This document shows, piece by piece, positions 18,972 to 29,028 of a DNA stretch of 64,000 bases. Source of the DNA: an uncultured virus (IMG/VR IMGVR_UViG_3300044635_001663) (taxonomy: Duplodnaviria; Heunggongvirae; Uroviricota; Caudoviricetes); the IMG/VR virus record IMGVR_UViG_3300044635_001663, positions 62,001 through 126,000 of that record; one strand, written 5' to 3'. The notes under the pieces are model-generated. The model was not told the origin of the DNA and searched no databases. It saw nothing but the letters and a program-made list of their open reading frames with translations. The stretch's first letter is position 1. Every line of letters begins with the position of its first letter. The position numbers were made by a program, and so were the translations under genes.

Positions 18972-19333
18972 GTCAATATATACAAAATCTTTCTCAAAAG
19001 AGACCAGATCTCATTCCTTCTGATTTTAATTATACAATATATTTAAACCTCAATCCTGATCTAAAACAACAGGGTATTCTTACAGAAGAAAATGCTATTA
19101 GACACTACATTCTACACGGGAAAAAAGAACATAGGTTCTATAAATATGCGAAACTACACGACGGCCCCGTAGATGCTGGTTTTGGTTTTTCTGATAAGCT
19201 CATCAATAGTCACGGAATTAATATTGACGGAATTAAAATCACAGACAACCTGAATAAGGCGTATTCAATTATTCATCAGTACAATAGAAAAGAAAGTTTT
19301 AACAATAAAGTAATCCAATATTTCTCAACATAA
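18968..19333 (+). CDS. Protein with a Y..LNPDL..HY..G..E.R.Y module, possibly truncated
   Basis: The same module begins ORF 36748. Confidence 0.55.
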   Translation: MSQYIQNLSQKRPDLIPSDFNYTIYLNLNPDLKQQGILTEENAIRHYILHGKKEHRFYKYAKLHDGPVDAGFGFSDKLINSHGINIDGIKITDNLNKAYSIIHQYNRKESFNNKVIQYFST

Positions 19334-19364
19334 GCAGAAAAACATGGGTTTCTAATCTACAAAT

Positions 19365-19476
19365 ATGAGAAAAATATCATCTCTAGACGAAGCTAAAAAC
19401 AAACTTGATCATCTATGGTTCAATAAGGAACATAGAAGAACATTTCGCAAAGTCTTTTTCAAATATTGACAAGATA
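19365..19476 (+). repeat. Junction repeat copy 1 (degenerate gene stub)
   Basis: MRKISSLDEAKNK, then frameshifted LIIYGSIRNIEEHFAKSFSNIDKI; homologous to 24023, 32210 and 34341. Confidence 0.75.
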
Positions 19477-19606
19477 TCACACATAAGAAAAAAATATAGC
19501 GCTGCAATTATACACAAAAAGAAACAGACTACAAAGGGAGTCTAGAGCCGTGAGAATCATTAGCCAAATTAAAAGTGGCCAAGATGCCTGATATGGACTG
19601 GGGAAT

Positions 19607-20194
19607 ATGAAATCCAAATACCTCACAGAACACGATCTTCAAGATTTTGGCTTTAAGTCTATAGGTAAAAATATACAAATAGATTCTACCTGCGTATTTG
19701 TTGGCGAAAAGAATATGGAAATCGGTAGCAACATACGTATTGATGCTTATTGTATACTTAAGGGTAATATTTGCTTAAAAAGTAATATTCATATAGGACC
19801 ACATAGTGTTTTATCTGGGTCTGGTGGAAAAATAATAATAGATTCTTGTTCCGTAATGTCTAATGGTGCTTATTTATACACTGCAACTGATGACTTTATT
19901 GGCGACCACCTCGCCTCATTACCGTACATTCCTGAACAATACAAAAAAGTTAGATGTGGAGATATTTATATAGGTAAAGCGGTGTCTTTAGGTAGTCGGA
20001 CAACGGTATTGCCGGGTGTAAATATTGGTGACGGGGCTACAACTAGCATTGGTTCAATTATTCGCAAAAATATACCTGCCGGTTCTGTTTGTATCGCTGA
20101 TGGAACTAATATCAAAATTATTAAGACAAGAAATATTGAAAAGCTTCTTATGATGCAAAAAGATATTGAAATGAGTCAAAATGAAAAAAATTAG
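19607..20194 (+). CDS. Hexapeptide-repeat sugar acetyltransferase
   Basis: Left-handed beta-helix repeats, IGSNIRIDAY, TDDF.G, VLPGVNIG. Confidence 0.85.
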   Translation: MKSKYLTEHDLQDFGFKSIGKNIQIDSTCVFVGEKNMEIGSNIRIDAYCILKGNICLKSNIHIGPHSVLSGSGGKIIIDSCSVMSNGAYLYTATDDFIGDHLASLPYIPEQYKKVRCGDIYIGKAVSLGSRTTVLPGVNIGDGATTSIGSIIRKNIPAGSVCIADGTNIKIIKTRNIEKLLMMQKDIEMSQNEKN

Positions 20195-20861
20195 TCAGAT
20201 ACTAAAAGATATTTACCAATTAAATTGGATTGATTTAAACATTTTAGAGTGTGGCTCCCACACACATGGAGAAGAAACTCTAGAGTTTGAACCAGACAAT
20301 AATTGCTGGTGCATTGAGGCAAACAAAGAAGACCACCTATTGTTGCAAAAATTTAGAAAAAACACCCTCAACTTTGCTCTGTCTAATCTTGATGGAGTTA
20401 TAAAATTTATTATTTCTTCTCATCCGGCAAACAGCAGTTGCGAATATTCTCAAGAACATCTAGAAGAACTAAGTCAATACGGATCTACTTTTAAGGAGAT
20501 TGAAGTTGAGGCAATAACCTATGATAGCTTACTTAAAAAACTTAAAATAGTTTTTGACATAGTAGTTTTAGATATTGAGGGTCATGAAAAAACAGTATTA
20601 AATTCTTGGAAATTAATGGATAAAACATTGCTACCTAGTATTTTAGTTATTGAATGTGGGTATGATTGGAGTGAGCGCTTATCTATATTGAAAGAATTGG
20701 GCTATAAAATAGATTCTTATTATTTTAACAACTGTTATCTTAGCATGGGAAGCTTATCAAAAAACTATGAGATGATCCAAAGTTACAACAAAGAATATCC
20801 AAGCTTTAAATGGAACAATAAATTAATATATTCTAACACTCAAGGAGCAAACAATGGCTGA
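20181..20861 (+). CDS. FkbM-family methyltransferase
   Basis: LECGS..G, IEAN, LDIEGHE. Confidence 0.8.
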   Translation: MKKISQILKDIYQLNWIDLNILECGSHTHGEETLEFEPDNNCWCIEANKEDHLLLQKFRKNTLNFALSNLDGVIKFIISSHPANSSCEYSQEHLEELSQYGSTFKEIEVEAITYDSLLKKLKIVFDIVVLDIEGHEKTVLNSWKLMDKTLLPSILVIECGYDWSERLSILKELGYKIDSYYFNNCYLSMGSLSKNYEMIQSYNKEYPSFKWNNKLIYSNTQGANNG

Positions 20862-21162
20862 TACACTCGGTAGCGTGATTGACAAATTAACTACGGTTGA
20901 TTTAAAAATGTGGAATAATCAAGAATTATTATATGAAATACGAAGAATGAGTTTTGAAGAATACAAAAAAAAATATTTTGAAGATGAAAATGGAGCAAAA
21001 AATTTATGGGAATGTCTTAAAAAAGCATGTGATCTCAATGTTCAAAGAAACCAATTAATTAACGAAGTGGATCAAAAAATAATTGAAATAATAGAGGCTA
21101 AATTGAGTGGAGAAAATTTAGATAATGGTAAGTTTATACAAAGGTCCCACAAAACATACTAA
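20854..21162 (+). CDS. Small helical protein typical of glycan clusters (DUF4254-like)
   Basis: TLGSVIDKL...LKMW...LNVQRNQLINEVD. Confidence 0.6.
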   Translation: MADTLGSVIDKLTTVDLKMWNNQELLYEIRRMSFEEYKKKYFEDENGAKNLWECLKKACDLNVQRNQLINEVDQKIIEIIEAKLSGENLDNGKFIQRSHKTY

Positions 21163-21976
21163 TTATATTAACACAAAATACTTAATTAAATGTATTGGTA
21201 TAGGCGATCTTATTTTTTTCTGTAGCGCAATACTTGCAGAACATAAAGAAAATGAACCTGTCGAGTATTTTCTATCTAAAGATACGTTGCGTATTTATAG
21301 AAAAAATAGCGGTGAATACGAAATATTTTGCCATGAATACATTAAATACTTTTTATCAAATTATGATATCAAAATTTTAAATAATATAAATGAGACCAAC
21401 CGCATTTGGGACACAGACTTCCTAAGAGACGGTAAAATTCTAAATAATTCATCAGTAATTGACACTATAAAAAACAAACTTATTATTAAAAACAAGGTTT
21501 ATCAAGATAACTATATTGTAATTTTCACAAAGGTAAGAGACTTGAATCTAGATGTTTTTTCTCAAGTTTCAACAAATTTTTTCCGCTCAGTAAATACTTT
21601 TGAGGGTAAAGTTGTTCTACTTGGAGAAAGACAAGTAGAATACTCTGGAGAATACGCACTTCATAGTAAAAAGAACATATATTCTATTTATCAAAATTGT
21701 AAAGAAAATATTGCTCAAAATAAAATAATAGATTTAACTATAGAAAACTTTGATTTTAATACATTTTCATTGAGTAAAATTTTAGAAGATTGTGGAATAA
21801 TTATGAATTCTAACAAGACATACGTTTTTGGTGGTGGCGGATTTTTTTGTTTATCTCTTTTTACAGATAAATTGGTCTCTTTAACAAACGGCATTTATAG
21901 AAATGCTTTTTATACAAAACGAAACAAAAATTTGTTTAGTAGCGTGGACGAATTTCAAAAGCATTTAATACAATAA
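21125..21976 (+). CDS. Putative GT-B-like glycosyltransferase (start uncertain)
   Basis: GIGDLI near the N-terminus, LLGER, GGGG. Confidence 0.5.
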   Translation: MVSLYKGPTKHTNYINTKYLIKCIGIGDLIFFCSAILAEHKENEPVEYFLSKDTLRIYRKNSGEYEIFCHEYIKYFLSNYDIKILNNINETNRIWDTDFLRDGKILNNSSVIDTIKNKLIIKNKVYQDNYIVIFTKVRDLNLDVFSQVSTNFFRSVNTFEGKVVLLGERQVEYSGEYALHSKKNIYSIYQNCKENIAQNKIIDLTIENFDFNTFSLSKILEDCGIIMNSNKTYVFGGGGFFCLSLFTDKLVSLTNGIYRNAFYTKRNKNLFSSVDEFQKHLIQ

Positions 21977-21993
21977 GGATAATACAGGACATA

Positions 21994-23082
21994 ATGATAC
22001 CTATTTATCAACCATATTTTACTGAGGAAAATCTAAGTTACGCACACGATGCCATAAACTCTGGTTGGGTTTCTTCACAAGGAGAGTACCTGGATTCGTC
22101 TAAAAATAAAGTAAAAAATATCCTTGGCTATCAAAGAGTCATATTAACGAACAACGGAACATCAGCAACACATCTCATGGCTATTGCTTTAAGATACAAA
22201 CATCCTAATATTAAAAAAATTATTGTTCCAAGCAATGTTTATGTAGCAGCATGGAATGCCTTTTTGTATGAGGACTATGAGCTTATTCCAATTGATTCTG
22301 ATATTGACACCTGGAATTTTGACATCTCTAAATTAGACTCAATAATTGACGACGATTCAGCAATATTGGTAGTGCATAATATCGGAAACGTTGTTAATGT
22401 GCCTGAACTAAAAATAAAATTTCCAAACACAGTCATACTGGAAGATAACTGCGAAGGCTTTTTAGGCAAATATAACGATAAGTATACGGGAACAGAGTCA
22501 TTTGCTTCATCCATATCATTTTTCGGAAATAAGACAATTACATCTGGCGAAGGTGGGGCATTCGTAACAGATGACGACGATGTGTTTGAGTATATCAATA
22601 AAGTAAAGTCCCAAGGACAAACAAATGAAAAATTTATACATGATGTTTTGGGCTACAACTACAGGATGACCAATGTTCAAGCAGCTATTTTATATGGACA
22701 ATTAGAATGCTTACCTGAAATTCAATGTAAAAAACACAACATATTTGAACTATACAAGTCCCTACTTCAAGAACTAACAACTGTGTCTTTTCAAAAAGTT
22801 GAAAAAAACACAAAACACTCTGAATGGATGCTCGGAATCAGGCTCAATCAGTTTAATCTTTCCCAGAAACAAAATTTACAACTTTATTTGTTTGAGGCTG
22901 GAATAGAGACCAGAACAATGTTCTACGATATAACAAAACATAAGCATATTATGTGTAGTAAGTCAAAAAATTTAAACTCAGACCTGCTAAATAATCAGTG
23001 TATTATATTACCATCATATCCATCTCTGACTGACGGACAAATAGAATATATAGTAAATAAAATAAAAGAGTATTTGAAATGA
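21994..23082 (+). CDS. DegT/DnrJ/EryC1/StrS aminotransferase (perosamine synthase-like)
   Basis: SGWVSSQG, NGTSA, EDNCE, SFFGNKTITSGEGG, GYNYRMTNVQAA. Confidence 0.92.
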   Translation: MIPIYQPYFTEENLSYAHDAINSGWVSSQGEYLDSSKNKVKNILGYQRVILTNNGTSATHLMAIALRYKHPNIKKIIVPSNVYVAAWNAFLYEDYELIPIDSDIDTWNFDISKLDSIIDDDSAILVVHNIGNVVNVPELKIKFPNTVILEDNCEGFLGKYNDKYTGTESFASSISFFGNKTITSGEGGAFVTDDDDVFEYINKVKSQGQTNEKFIHDVLGYNYRMTNVQAAILYGQLECLPEIQCKKHNIFELYKSLLQELTTVSFQKVEKNTKHSEWMLGIRLNQFNLSQKQNLQLYLFEAGIETRTMFYDITKHKHIMCSKSKNLNSDLLNNQCIILPSYPSLTDGQIEYIVNKIKEYLK

Positions 23083-24026
23083 ACATTATTTTTTACAATA
23101 AATACAATAACGGAGATATTCATGTCTCCAGGGGTTTTATTTCAAAGTTTTGCCATCCATGGAAAGGTTCAGCCAAAGCAGTCAGCCAGTTTCATGAATA
23201 TGGTCTTTTTTATAGCCACAAAAATGACCCGTGTCTAACAGAGGATCTTAAATTAATCAAACATCTAACAGATTTTAAAAATACAGAAGAAAACAAATTA
23301 ATACATACTTATGAGAATAATGTAGTCTTAAATACCTGGTATCGTGCCGAGCATGATAAGTATATTAAATTAAGCAATGGAATTAACTTTGATTGTTTAT
23401 ATTTTATGTTTAAGGATATTTTTAGTTATTTTGGAATAAACATAGAAGACATATCCGAAGATCCTCTTGATTTTTTTCCAAGTGTAAATTTTGATTATAT
23501 CAACACAAAAAATATAGACGAATTTAGCAGTAATAACAAAATTATGGTTTTAGCTTGCAATAACCAAACAATGTCTAGTCAATCATCAAATTTTGACTTT
23601 TCTAAAATATTTCTACAGCTGGCAAAAATTTATACAGATAAAATATGGATACTTACGAATCACTTTAATTTTGACAGAGATAGCTATCCGAATGTATTGT
23701 TTGCATCTGAAATAATAAAAAAAGAAAATGGCTCAGATCTGAATGAAATATCATATTTAAGCACAAAGTGCGATGTAATAATTGGTAGAGCATCTGGACC
23801 CTTTACTTTTGCTATCAATAGACAAAATATAGAAGATCCAAATAAAACTTTATTAAGTTTTTCAACATTAGGCACAACCTATAATCGTGATAGTACAAAA
23901 TCAAGCAATCACTTTTGGTTAGGAGAGTGGGGAGAAAAACATATTCAATACAAGGCTAATATAAAAGAGTTTTCAGAAGAGGATCCCCACAAAGTCTTCG
24001 AAATTATAAAAAAGCTTTTATCATGA
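23079..24026 (+). CDS. Putative glycosyltransferase
   Basis: NNGDIHVSR, DLNEISYLS..C..IIGRASGP. Confidence 0.5.
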   Translation: MNIIFYNKYNNGDIHVSRGFISKFCHPWKGSAKAVSQFHEYGLFYSHKNDPCLTEDLKLIKHLTDFKNTEENKLIHTYENNVVLNTWYRAEHDKYIKLSNGINFDCLYFMFKDIFSYFGINIEDISEDPLDFFPSVNFDYINTKNIDEFSSNNKIMVLACNNQTMSSQSSNFDFSKIFLQLAKIYTDKIWILTNHFNFDRDSYPNVLFASEIIKKENGSDLNEISYLSTKCDVIIGRASGPFTFAINRQNIEDPNKTLLSFSTLGTTYNRDSTKSSNHFWLGEWGEKHIQYKANIKEFSEEDPHKVFEIIKKLLS

Positions 24027-24112
24027 AAATATTATCACTAAACGAAATTAAAAATAAGATTAAAAAAATTTAATCATCTGTAGTCCAATAAGGAATAAGG
24101 AATATAGAAGAG
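23955..24112 (+). repeat. Junction repeat copy 2
   Basis: 23955-24057 matches 34273-34375 over 103 bp with an identical 3' half; the tail matches 19405-19443. Confidence 0.9.
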
Positions 24113-24116
24113 CAAC

Positions 24117-24977
24117 ATGATTAATTTAACTACTGTATCTGACTATAACTATTTAGTCAAAGGAATAACTTTATATGACTCATTACTTAAAAATAGTAGT
24201 GAATTTGTTTTGCATTATCTATGTATTGATGATGAATCATATAATAAATTAATTACATATGAATGTGATAATTTAAAAGCTTATAATGTTAATGATTTAT
24301 TTAATGATGATGAAGTATTGATGAATGTTAAAAAATCTGAATATAGATATTTTTGTTTTTCATTGGCTTCATATTTTACACAACATTTAATGTTGAAATT
24401 AAATGTCCCATTAATTTATATTGATAGTGATATCTATTTCCATCAAAGTATTAATGAATTATACAACTTAATGGAACCTAAATCTATTGGTATTTTTAAA
24501 CATAGACAATTTACTACCGAAAGAGCAGAAGGTGCTTATAATGTTGGTGTATGTTATTTTAATAACGATGTAGTTGGTAAACACATTTTAAACTGGTGGG
24601 CTGATGCTGTTCTATACAAAAAATACCCACAATTAGCAACGTGTGGTGACCAAAAGTATTTAGACGCATTTTCATCGATGTGTCCAGATGATTTATTTTT
24701 TGATGAGTCTACAATTGGTCATGGTGCGCCGTGGTTGTGGCAATTATATGATTTCTCAAATTTTGATGAGGGTAATATTATTTGGAACGGTATTAAGCAA
24801 AAACTTTATTTTAGTCATTTCTCACAATTTGTGTATAATACTAACAATTATATACCATCAAGAATGCATCAAGAGTATACATCATTGAGTATGTATAATG
24901 AAATATTGCCATTAAAAACAATATATGATGATTATTATAATGAAACAATAAAAACTTATAAAAAATATTATATATGA
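24117..24977 (+). CDS. GT-A glycosyltransferase
   Basis: YIDSDIYF, YNVG, GDQKYLD, APW, HFS. Confidence 0.75.
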   Translation: MINLTTVSDYNYLVKGITLYDSLLKNSSEFVLHYLCIDDESYNKLITYECDNLKAYNVNDLFNDDEVLMNVKKSEYRYFCFSLASYFTQHLMLKLNVPLIYIDSDIYFHQSINELYNLMEPKSIGIFKHRQFTTERAEGAYNVGVCYFNNDVVGKHILNWWADAVLYKKYPQLATCGDQKYLDAFSSMCPDDLFFDESTIGHGAPWLWQLYDFSNFDEGNIIWNGIKQKLYFSHFSQFVYNTNNYIPSRMHQEYTSLSMYNEILPLKTIYDDYYNETIKTYKKYYI

Positions 24978-25690
24978 AAACTTGCTATGTATTTGCTTGC
25001 GGCCCATCTATTAAGGACCAAGATTTAAAAAAAATAAAAGATAATCCTTGTGTTACAATTAGTAATTTTTTTGTTCACCCAGAATTTCAGAATATGAATG
25101 TAAAGTATCATATTTTTGGACATTTGCACCATCCTATTACTTATGAAATGGGAGTTGCGTGGTTTAAAGAGTGTGAAACTTGTTTAAACAAAAAAACAAA
25201 AGTATTAATTCATATCAAGGATAAGCATATTGTTACAAATAACAATTTATTTGTAAATAATGAAGTTATTTATTGGGATAATGATGGACAATTCCCAGAA
25301 ACTATACCAAACCGCATGGGACATTATGAAACTATAGCTCAGATTGGTTTGCAAATGGGTTATTATGTTGCTAAACAAGAGAGCATTGACCAAGTACTTC
25401 TTATGGGAATAGATCATAGTTGGGTAAACCATGTTGGTGAAACAAAACATTTTTATGATGAATCTCAGAGTGTTTTGTCTAGGATGGGGTATAATGAGTG
25501 GTTTTGGTTTACGGGCCGTGGAGGCGTTTGTAACGATTCAGATCTTGAAAGAGAAAAAATAATACTGAATCAAATGAATAATTCATACCGTGAGTATGGC
25601 GAATTGTGTGAAAAAAGAGGCGTATCGGTATATAACGGCACACCAAATAGTTTAATAACAGGTTTAAAATTTTTCAAAAACACAGTATAA
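24974..25690 (+). CDS. DUF115/Maf-like glycosyltransferase
   Basis: FACGPSI, LMGIDHS, HFYD, YNGTPNS. Confidence 0.7.
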   Translation: MKTCYVFACGPSIKDQDLKKIKDNPCVTISNFFVHPEFQNMNVKYHIFGHLHHPITYEMGVAWFKECETCLNKKTKVLIHIKDKHIVTNNNLFVNNEVIYWDNDGQFPETIPNRMGHYETIAQIGLQMGYYVAKQESIDQVLLMGIDHSWVNHVGETKHFYDESQSVLSRMGYNEWFWFTGRGGVCNDSDLEREKIILNQMNNSYREYGELCEKRGVSVYNGTPNSLITGLKFFKNTV

Positions 25691-25709
25691 AGAGGGGTAG
25701 TTTAAGAAA

Positions 25710-26744
25710 ATGAAAATTTTATATATAGGGTATAATGAAGACCAGCTTAATTGGGGGTGTCGATCCACTCCAAAAGCATTGTTACAAATAATACAATCTG
25801 CTTTAAAACCCGATAAAATTTTAAAGATTGGCAATAATGAACTGATAAAAACTGATTTTACAAAAATAGAAAAAAATATAAAAGAATGTGACATAGTAAT
25901 AATTAATGGAGAAGGAAGTCCAATATTTACATCTCCTATTAGGAATGATTTTGATAAACATCTAATGGTTATTGAATATTGTGGCAAAATAAACAAAAAA
26001 TGTTTATATGTCAATGCAATGATTTCAAAATGCCCAAAGACTCCTTTTGATAACGAAACGTATAATAGGGCACTTAAAGCTTGGTCTAAGTGTTGTGAAT
26101 TGGTGATTAGAGATCCGATTTCGGGTTATTTAATTGATAGCAAATTAGACTATTCATATATCCCGGATGCGTTGTTTACTTGGCAATCTCACAGAATAAA
26201 AACAGGAGATTATATTTTGCTGGGCGGGGGATCATCTCCTCCTAATCATGATCAAATAGAAAATAAAAAATTATCATATTTAAAATTAATAGATAAGATT
26301 TCTGGACTAGCAAAAGTAAAATTAGTGCAAAACTGCGGTGGAGATTATTGGATGGAACAATTGGCTAAAGATCATGGCTTTGAATTAATACCGAAAGAAT
26401 GTGATATAGACCAGGGAATGAAAGAACTACAAATGGCTCAGGTTTATATTTCTGGACGATTTCATCCATCAATAATGGCATCTCTCAATGGAACTCCTTG
26501 TATATTTTTTGAAAGTAATAGTGATAAAACTATGCACATCCAAAAAATGCTAGAGTATAAAAACCCTGTCGTTTTTACATTTCCATTATTAGATGAACAA
26601 ATTAACGAAATTTATAATTTAACTAAATACTATTTAGAAAATAACGAAAGCGTGCGTGAAAACATAATAAAAACATGCCAGATTTTAAGCAAGCAGTCTT
26701 TATCTGGTTATACAAGTATATTTAAAAAATATAAAGTGGCTTAA
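25710..26744 (+). CDS. Polysaccharide pyruvyltransferase family protein
   Basis: NWGC, INGEG, IRDPIS, IPDALF, SGRFHPSIMA. Confidence 0.8.
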   Translation: MKILYIGYNEDQLNWGCRSTPKALLQIIQSALKPDKILKIGNNELIKTDFTKIEKNIKECDIVIINGEGSPIFTSPIRNDFDKHLMVIEYCGKINKKCLYVNAMISKCPKTPFDNETYNRALKAWSKCCELVIRDPISGYLIDSKLDYSYIPDALFTWQSHRIKTGDYILLGGGSSPPNHDQIENKKLSYLKLIDKISGLAKVKLVQNCGGDYWMEQLAKDHGFELIPKECDIDQGMKELQMAQVYISGRFHPSIMASLNGTPCIFFESNSDKTMHIQKMLEYKNPVVFTFPLLDEQINEIYNLTKYYLENNESVRENIIKTCQILSKQSLSGYTSIFKKYKVA

Positions 26745-26801
26745 AAATAAATGAAAAAAGTACTACACATTTGGGGAGTAAAAGAAATAAAATAAAACAT
26801 T

Positions 26802-27443
26802 ATGAATATAAAAACACTTATATTAGCTAGAGGAGGAAGCAAAGGCATACCAGGTAAAAATATCATTGATATTAATGGCAAGCCTTTAATCCAGTATACA
26901 ATAGACGCAGCCAAAGCATCCAAAGCCAATGATGTATGGGTTAGCACTAATTGCGATAAAATTGCTAGCGTTGCCATGCAATTAGGATCTAATGTAGTTA
27001 AACGACCAGAAAATATTTCAGGAGACAAATCCAAAAGCGAAGAAGCATTGTTGCACTTTGCTAGTCTTCAAGATTTTGACATCTTGGTTTTTATTCAGCC
27101 AACATCTCCATTAATTAAGTCAAAATATATAAACCAAGGATTAAAAATGGTATTATCGGGAGAATATGATTCTGTTTTTAGTGTATATGAGGAGCATTGG
27201 ATACCACGATGGAATAAAGATGGCACTCCAGACAATTGGAATATTAGCAATAGACCGATGAGACAAGATATACCAAAAAAATATGTTGAAAATGGAGCCT
27301 TTTACATTACCAGTAGAGAACTTTTACTCAAGAATAAGAATAGATATTCCGGTAGGATTGGTATGGTTGAAATGGCTTATAGCAAAAGTTTTCAAGTTGA
27401 TTCATTTGATGATCTTCTGATCATAGAGAAACTTTTATCATAA
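26802..27443 (+). CDS. neuA: Acylneuraminate cytidylyltransferase (CMP-nonulosonate synthetase)
   Basis: LARGGSKGIPGKNI, QPTSPL, RQD, ENGAFY. Confidence 0.9.
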   Translation: MNIKTLILARGGSKGIPGKNIIDINGKPLIQYTIDAAKASKANDVWVSTNCDKIASVAMQLGSNVVKRPENISGDKSKSEEALLHFASLQDFDILVFIQPTSPLIKSKYINQGLKMVLSGEYDSVFSVYEEHWIPRWNKDGTPDNWNISNRPMRQDIPKKYVENGAFYITSRELLLKNKNRYSGRIGMVEMAYSKSFQVDSFDDLLIIEKLLS

Positions 27444-27453
27444 AAATTGTAGG

Positions 27454-27514
27454 CAATATGACAGATTCATAAATAATACAAATCATTATATTAAAAATAA
27501 TAAATTAGAATTAT
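27454..27514 (+). repeat. Exact 61-bp intergenic copy of an internal segment of ORF 30252-30845
   Basis: Identical to 30495-30555. Confidence 0.92.
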
Positions 27515-27523
27515 TAAGAATAA

Positions 27524-28411
27524 ATGAATTTAAAAATAGCATTTGGAATGATTGTATTTGAAGGGGATTATGTTTTAAAGGAATGTTTAGAACAAGTATA
27601 CCCATTTGCATCTCAAATATTAATAGAGGAAGGGCCAGTAAGTTATTGGCAAAGACAAGGTAGAACTACATCAACCGATGATACTAATAAAATATTAGAT
27701 GAGTTCCCAGACCCAGATAATAAAATTAAAATTGTGCATGGTCGATATTCTGAAAAAGATGATCAGTGTAGCGCCTATATGCAGCATATCAATGGTGATA
27801 TTGATTATATCTGGAATTTAGATTCTGATGAAGTTTATAAGACTGAGGATTTAATTAAAATGATTGAATTTCTAAAACAAGAAAACCCAACTAGTGTTGG
27901 TATTAGAAGTTGTTCATTTTACGGAGGGTTTGATAACTATTTAACTGGCTTTGAATTAAATCGTGATAATTTTTTGCGTGTATTTAAATATACTAAAGGA
28001 GCAACATGGTTAACTCATAGACCACCTACCATTAACTATCCACAAGATGCAAACATAACATATAAGCATATTGATAGTGAAACATTATATAATGCAACTG
28101 GTATCCAAATGTACCATTATTCGTATGTATTCCCAACACAAGTATTTACAAAAGTAAATTACTATAAAGATAGCGTTAGTAGAGATAATTGTATTGATAA
28201 TTATTTTACTGAAATATATCGCCCATGGGTAACTGGTTCAGATGAAGATAAAAAAGCTATTGAAAGTAAATATATTGGTGTGCATGAATTTAAACCACAT
28301 GTTAGAGGTGAATGTTATACTGAAAAATTTACATTTGGTCATCCAGAAGCTATTACTAAGAATATGAATGAGTTAATTGATAAATTTAATAAACAATTAC
28401 AGAAATTATGA
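27524..28411 (+). CDS. GT2-like glycosyltransferase
   Basis: STDDT, WNLDSDEVY, HYSYV. Confidence 0.75.
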   Translation: MNLKIAFGMIVFEGDYVLKECLEQVYPFASQILIEEGPVSYWQRQGRTTSTDDTNKILDEFPDPDNKIKIVHGRYSEKDDQCSAYMQHINGDIDYIWNLDSDEVYKTEDLIKMIEFLKQENPTSVGIRSCSFYGGFDNYLTGFELNRDNFLRVFKYTKGATWLTHRPPTINYPQDANITYKHIDSETLYNATGIQMYHYSYVFPTQVFTKVNYYKDSVSRDNCIDNYFTEIYRPWVTGSDEDKKAIESKYIGVHEFKPHVRGECYTEKFTFGHPEAITKNMNELIDKFNKQLQKL

Positions 28412-29028
28412 ATATAAAAACAACAAATTTAAACGAGTCTTGGAAAAATAGTAAAAATATTTTCCCCAAACAAATAGAACTAAATCTAAAAGAACTTAGT
28501 TCTAAAGAAAATTATCCACAACATTGGAAAGATTTTTTAGTTGTATTAGATAAAATTACTATTAATAGTATATTAGACATAGGATGTGGATGCGGGGCTT
28601 ACTATGGTCTATTACAACAAAATTTAAAACATATCAATTATACTGGAATAGATTATTCAATAGAGGCAATTAATATAGCTCGTAACCAGTGGAAACAAGA
28701 TAATTTTTTTGTCAAAAATGTTTGGGATCTAAACAATGCTTTTATTTCAGATTATGACGCTTTACATTCTAGCGCACTATTTGATGTTATGGATAATGGA
28801 GATGAGGCATTAAATTTTATACTTGGATTGCATCCAAAAATATTTATTATAAGTAGGATGACGCTTACTGATACGCCGAGTTACTATGATACATATCTTG
28901 CATATGATAAATTAGAAACGTGTAGATACTATCATAATACAACTAAATTTATAGATACATGCAAAGCTAATGATTATATGATTTATAAATTTAACACAAA
29001 CCTACTATTAATACATGATAAAAAATAA
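28408..29028 (+). CDS. SAM-dependent methyltransferase
   Basis: ILDIGCGCG, YTGIDYS. Confidence 0.85.
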   Translation: MNIKTTNLNESWKNSKNIFPKQIELNLKELSSKENYPQHWKDFLVVLDKITINSILDIGCGCGAYYGLLQQNLKHINYTGIDYSIEAINIARNQWKQDNFFVKNVWDLNNAFISDYDALHSSALFDVMDNGDEALNFILGLHPKIFIISRMTLTDTPSYYDTYLAYDKLETCRYYHNTTKFIDTCKANDYMIYKFNTNLLLIHDKK

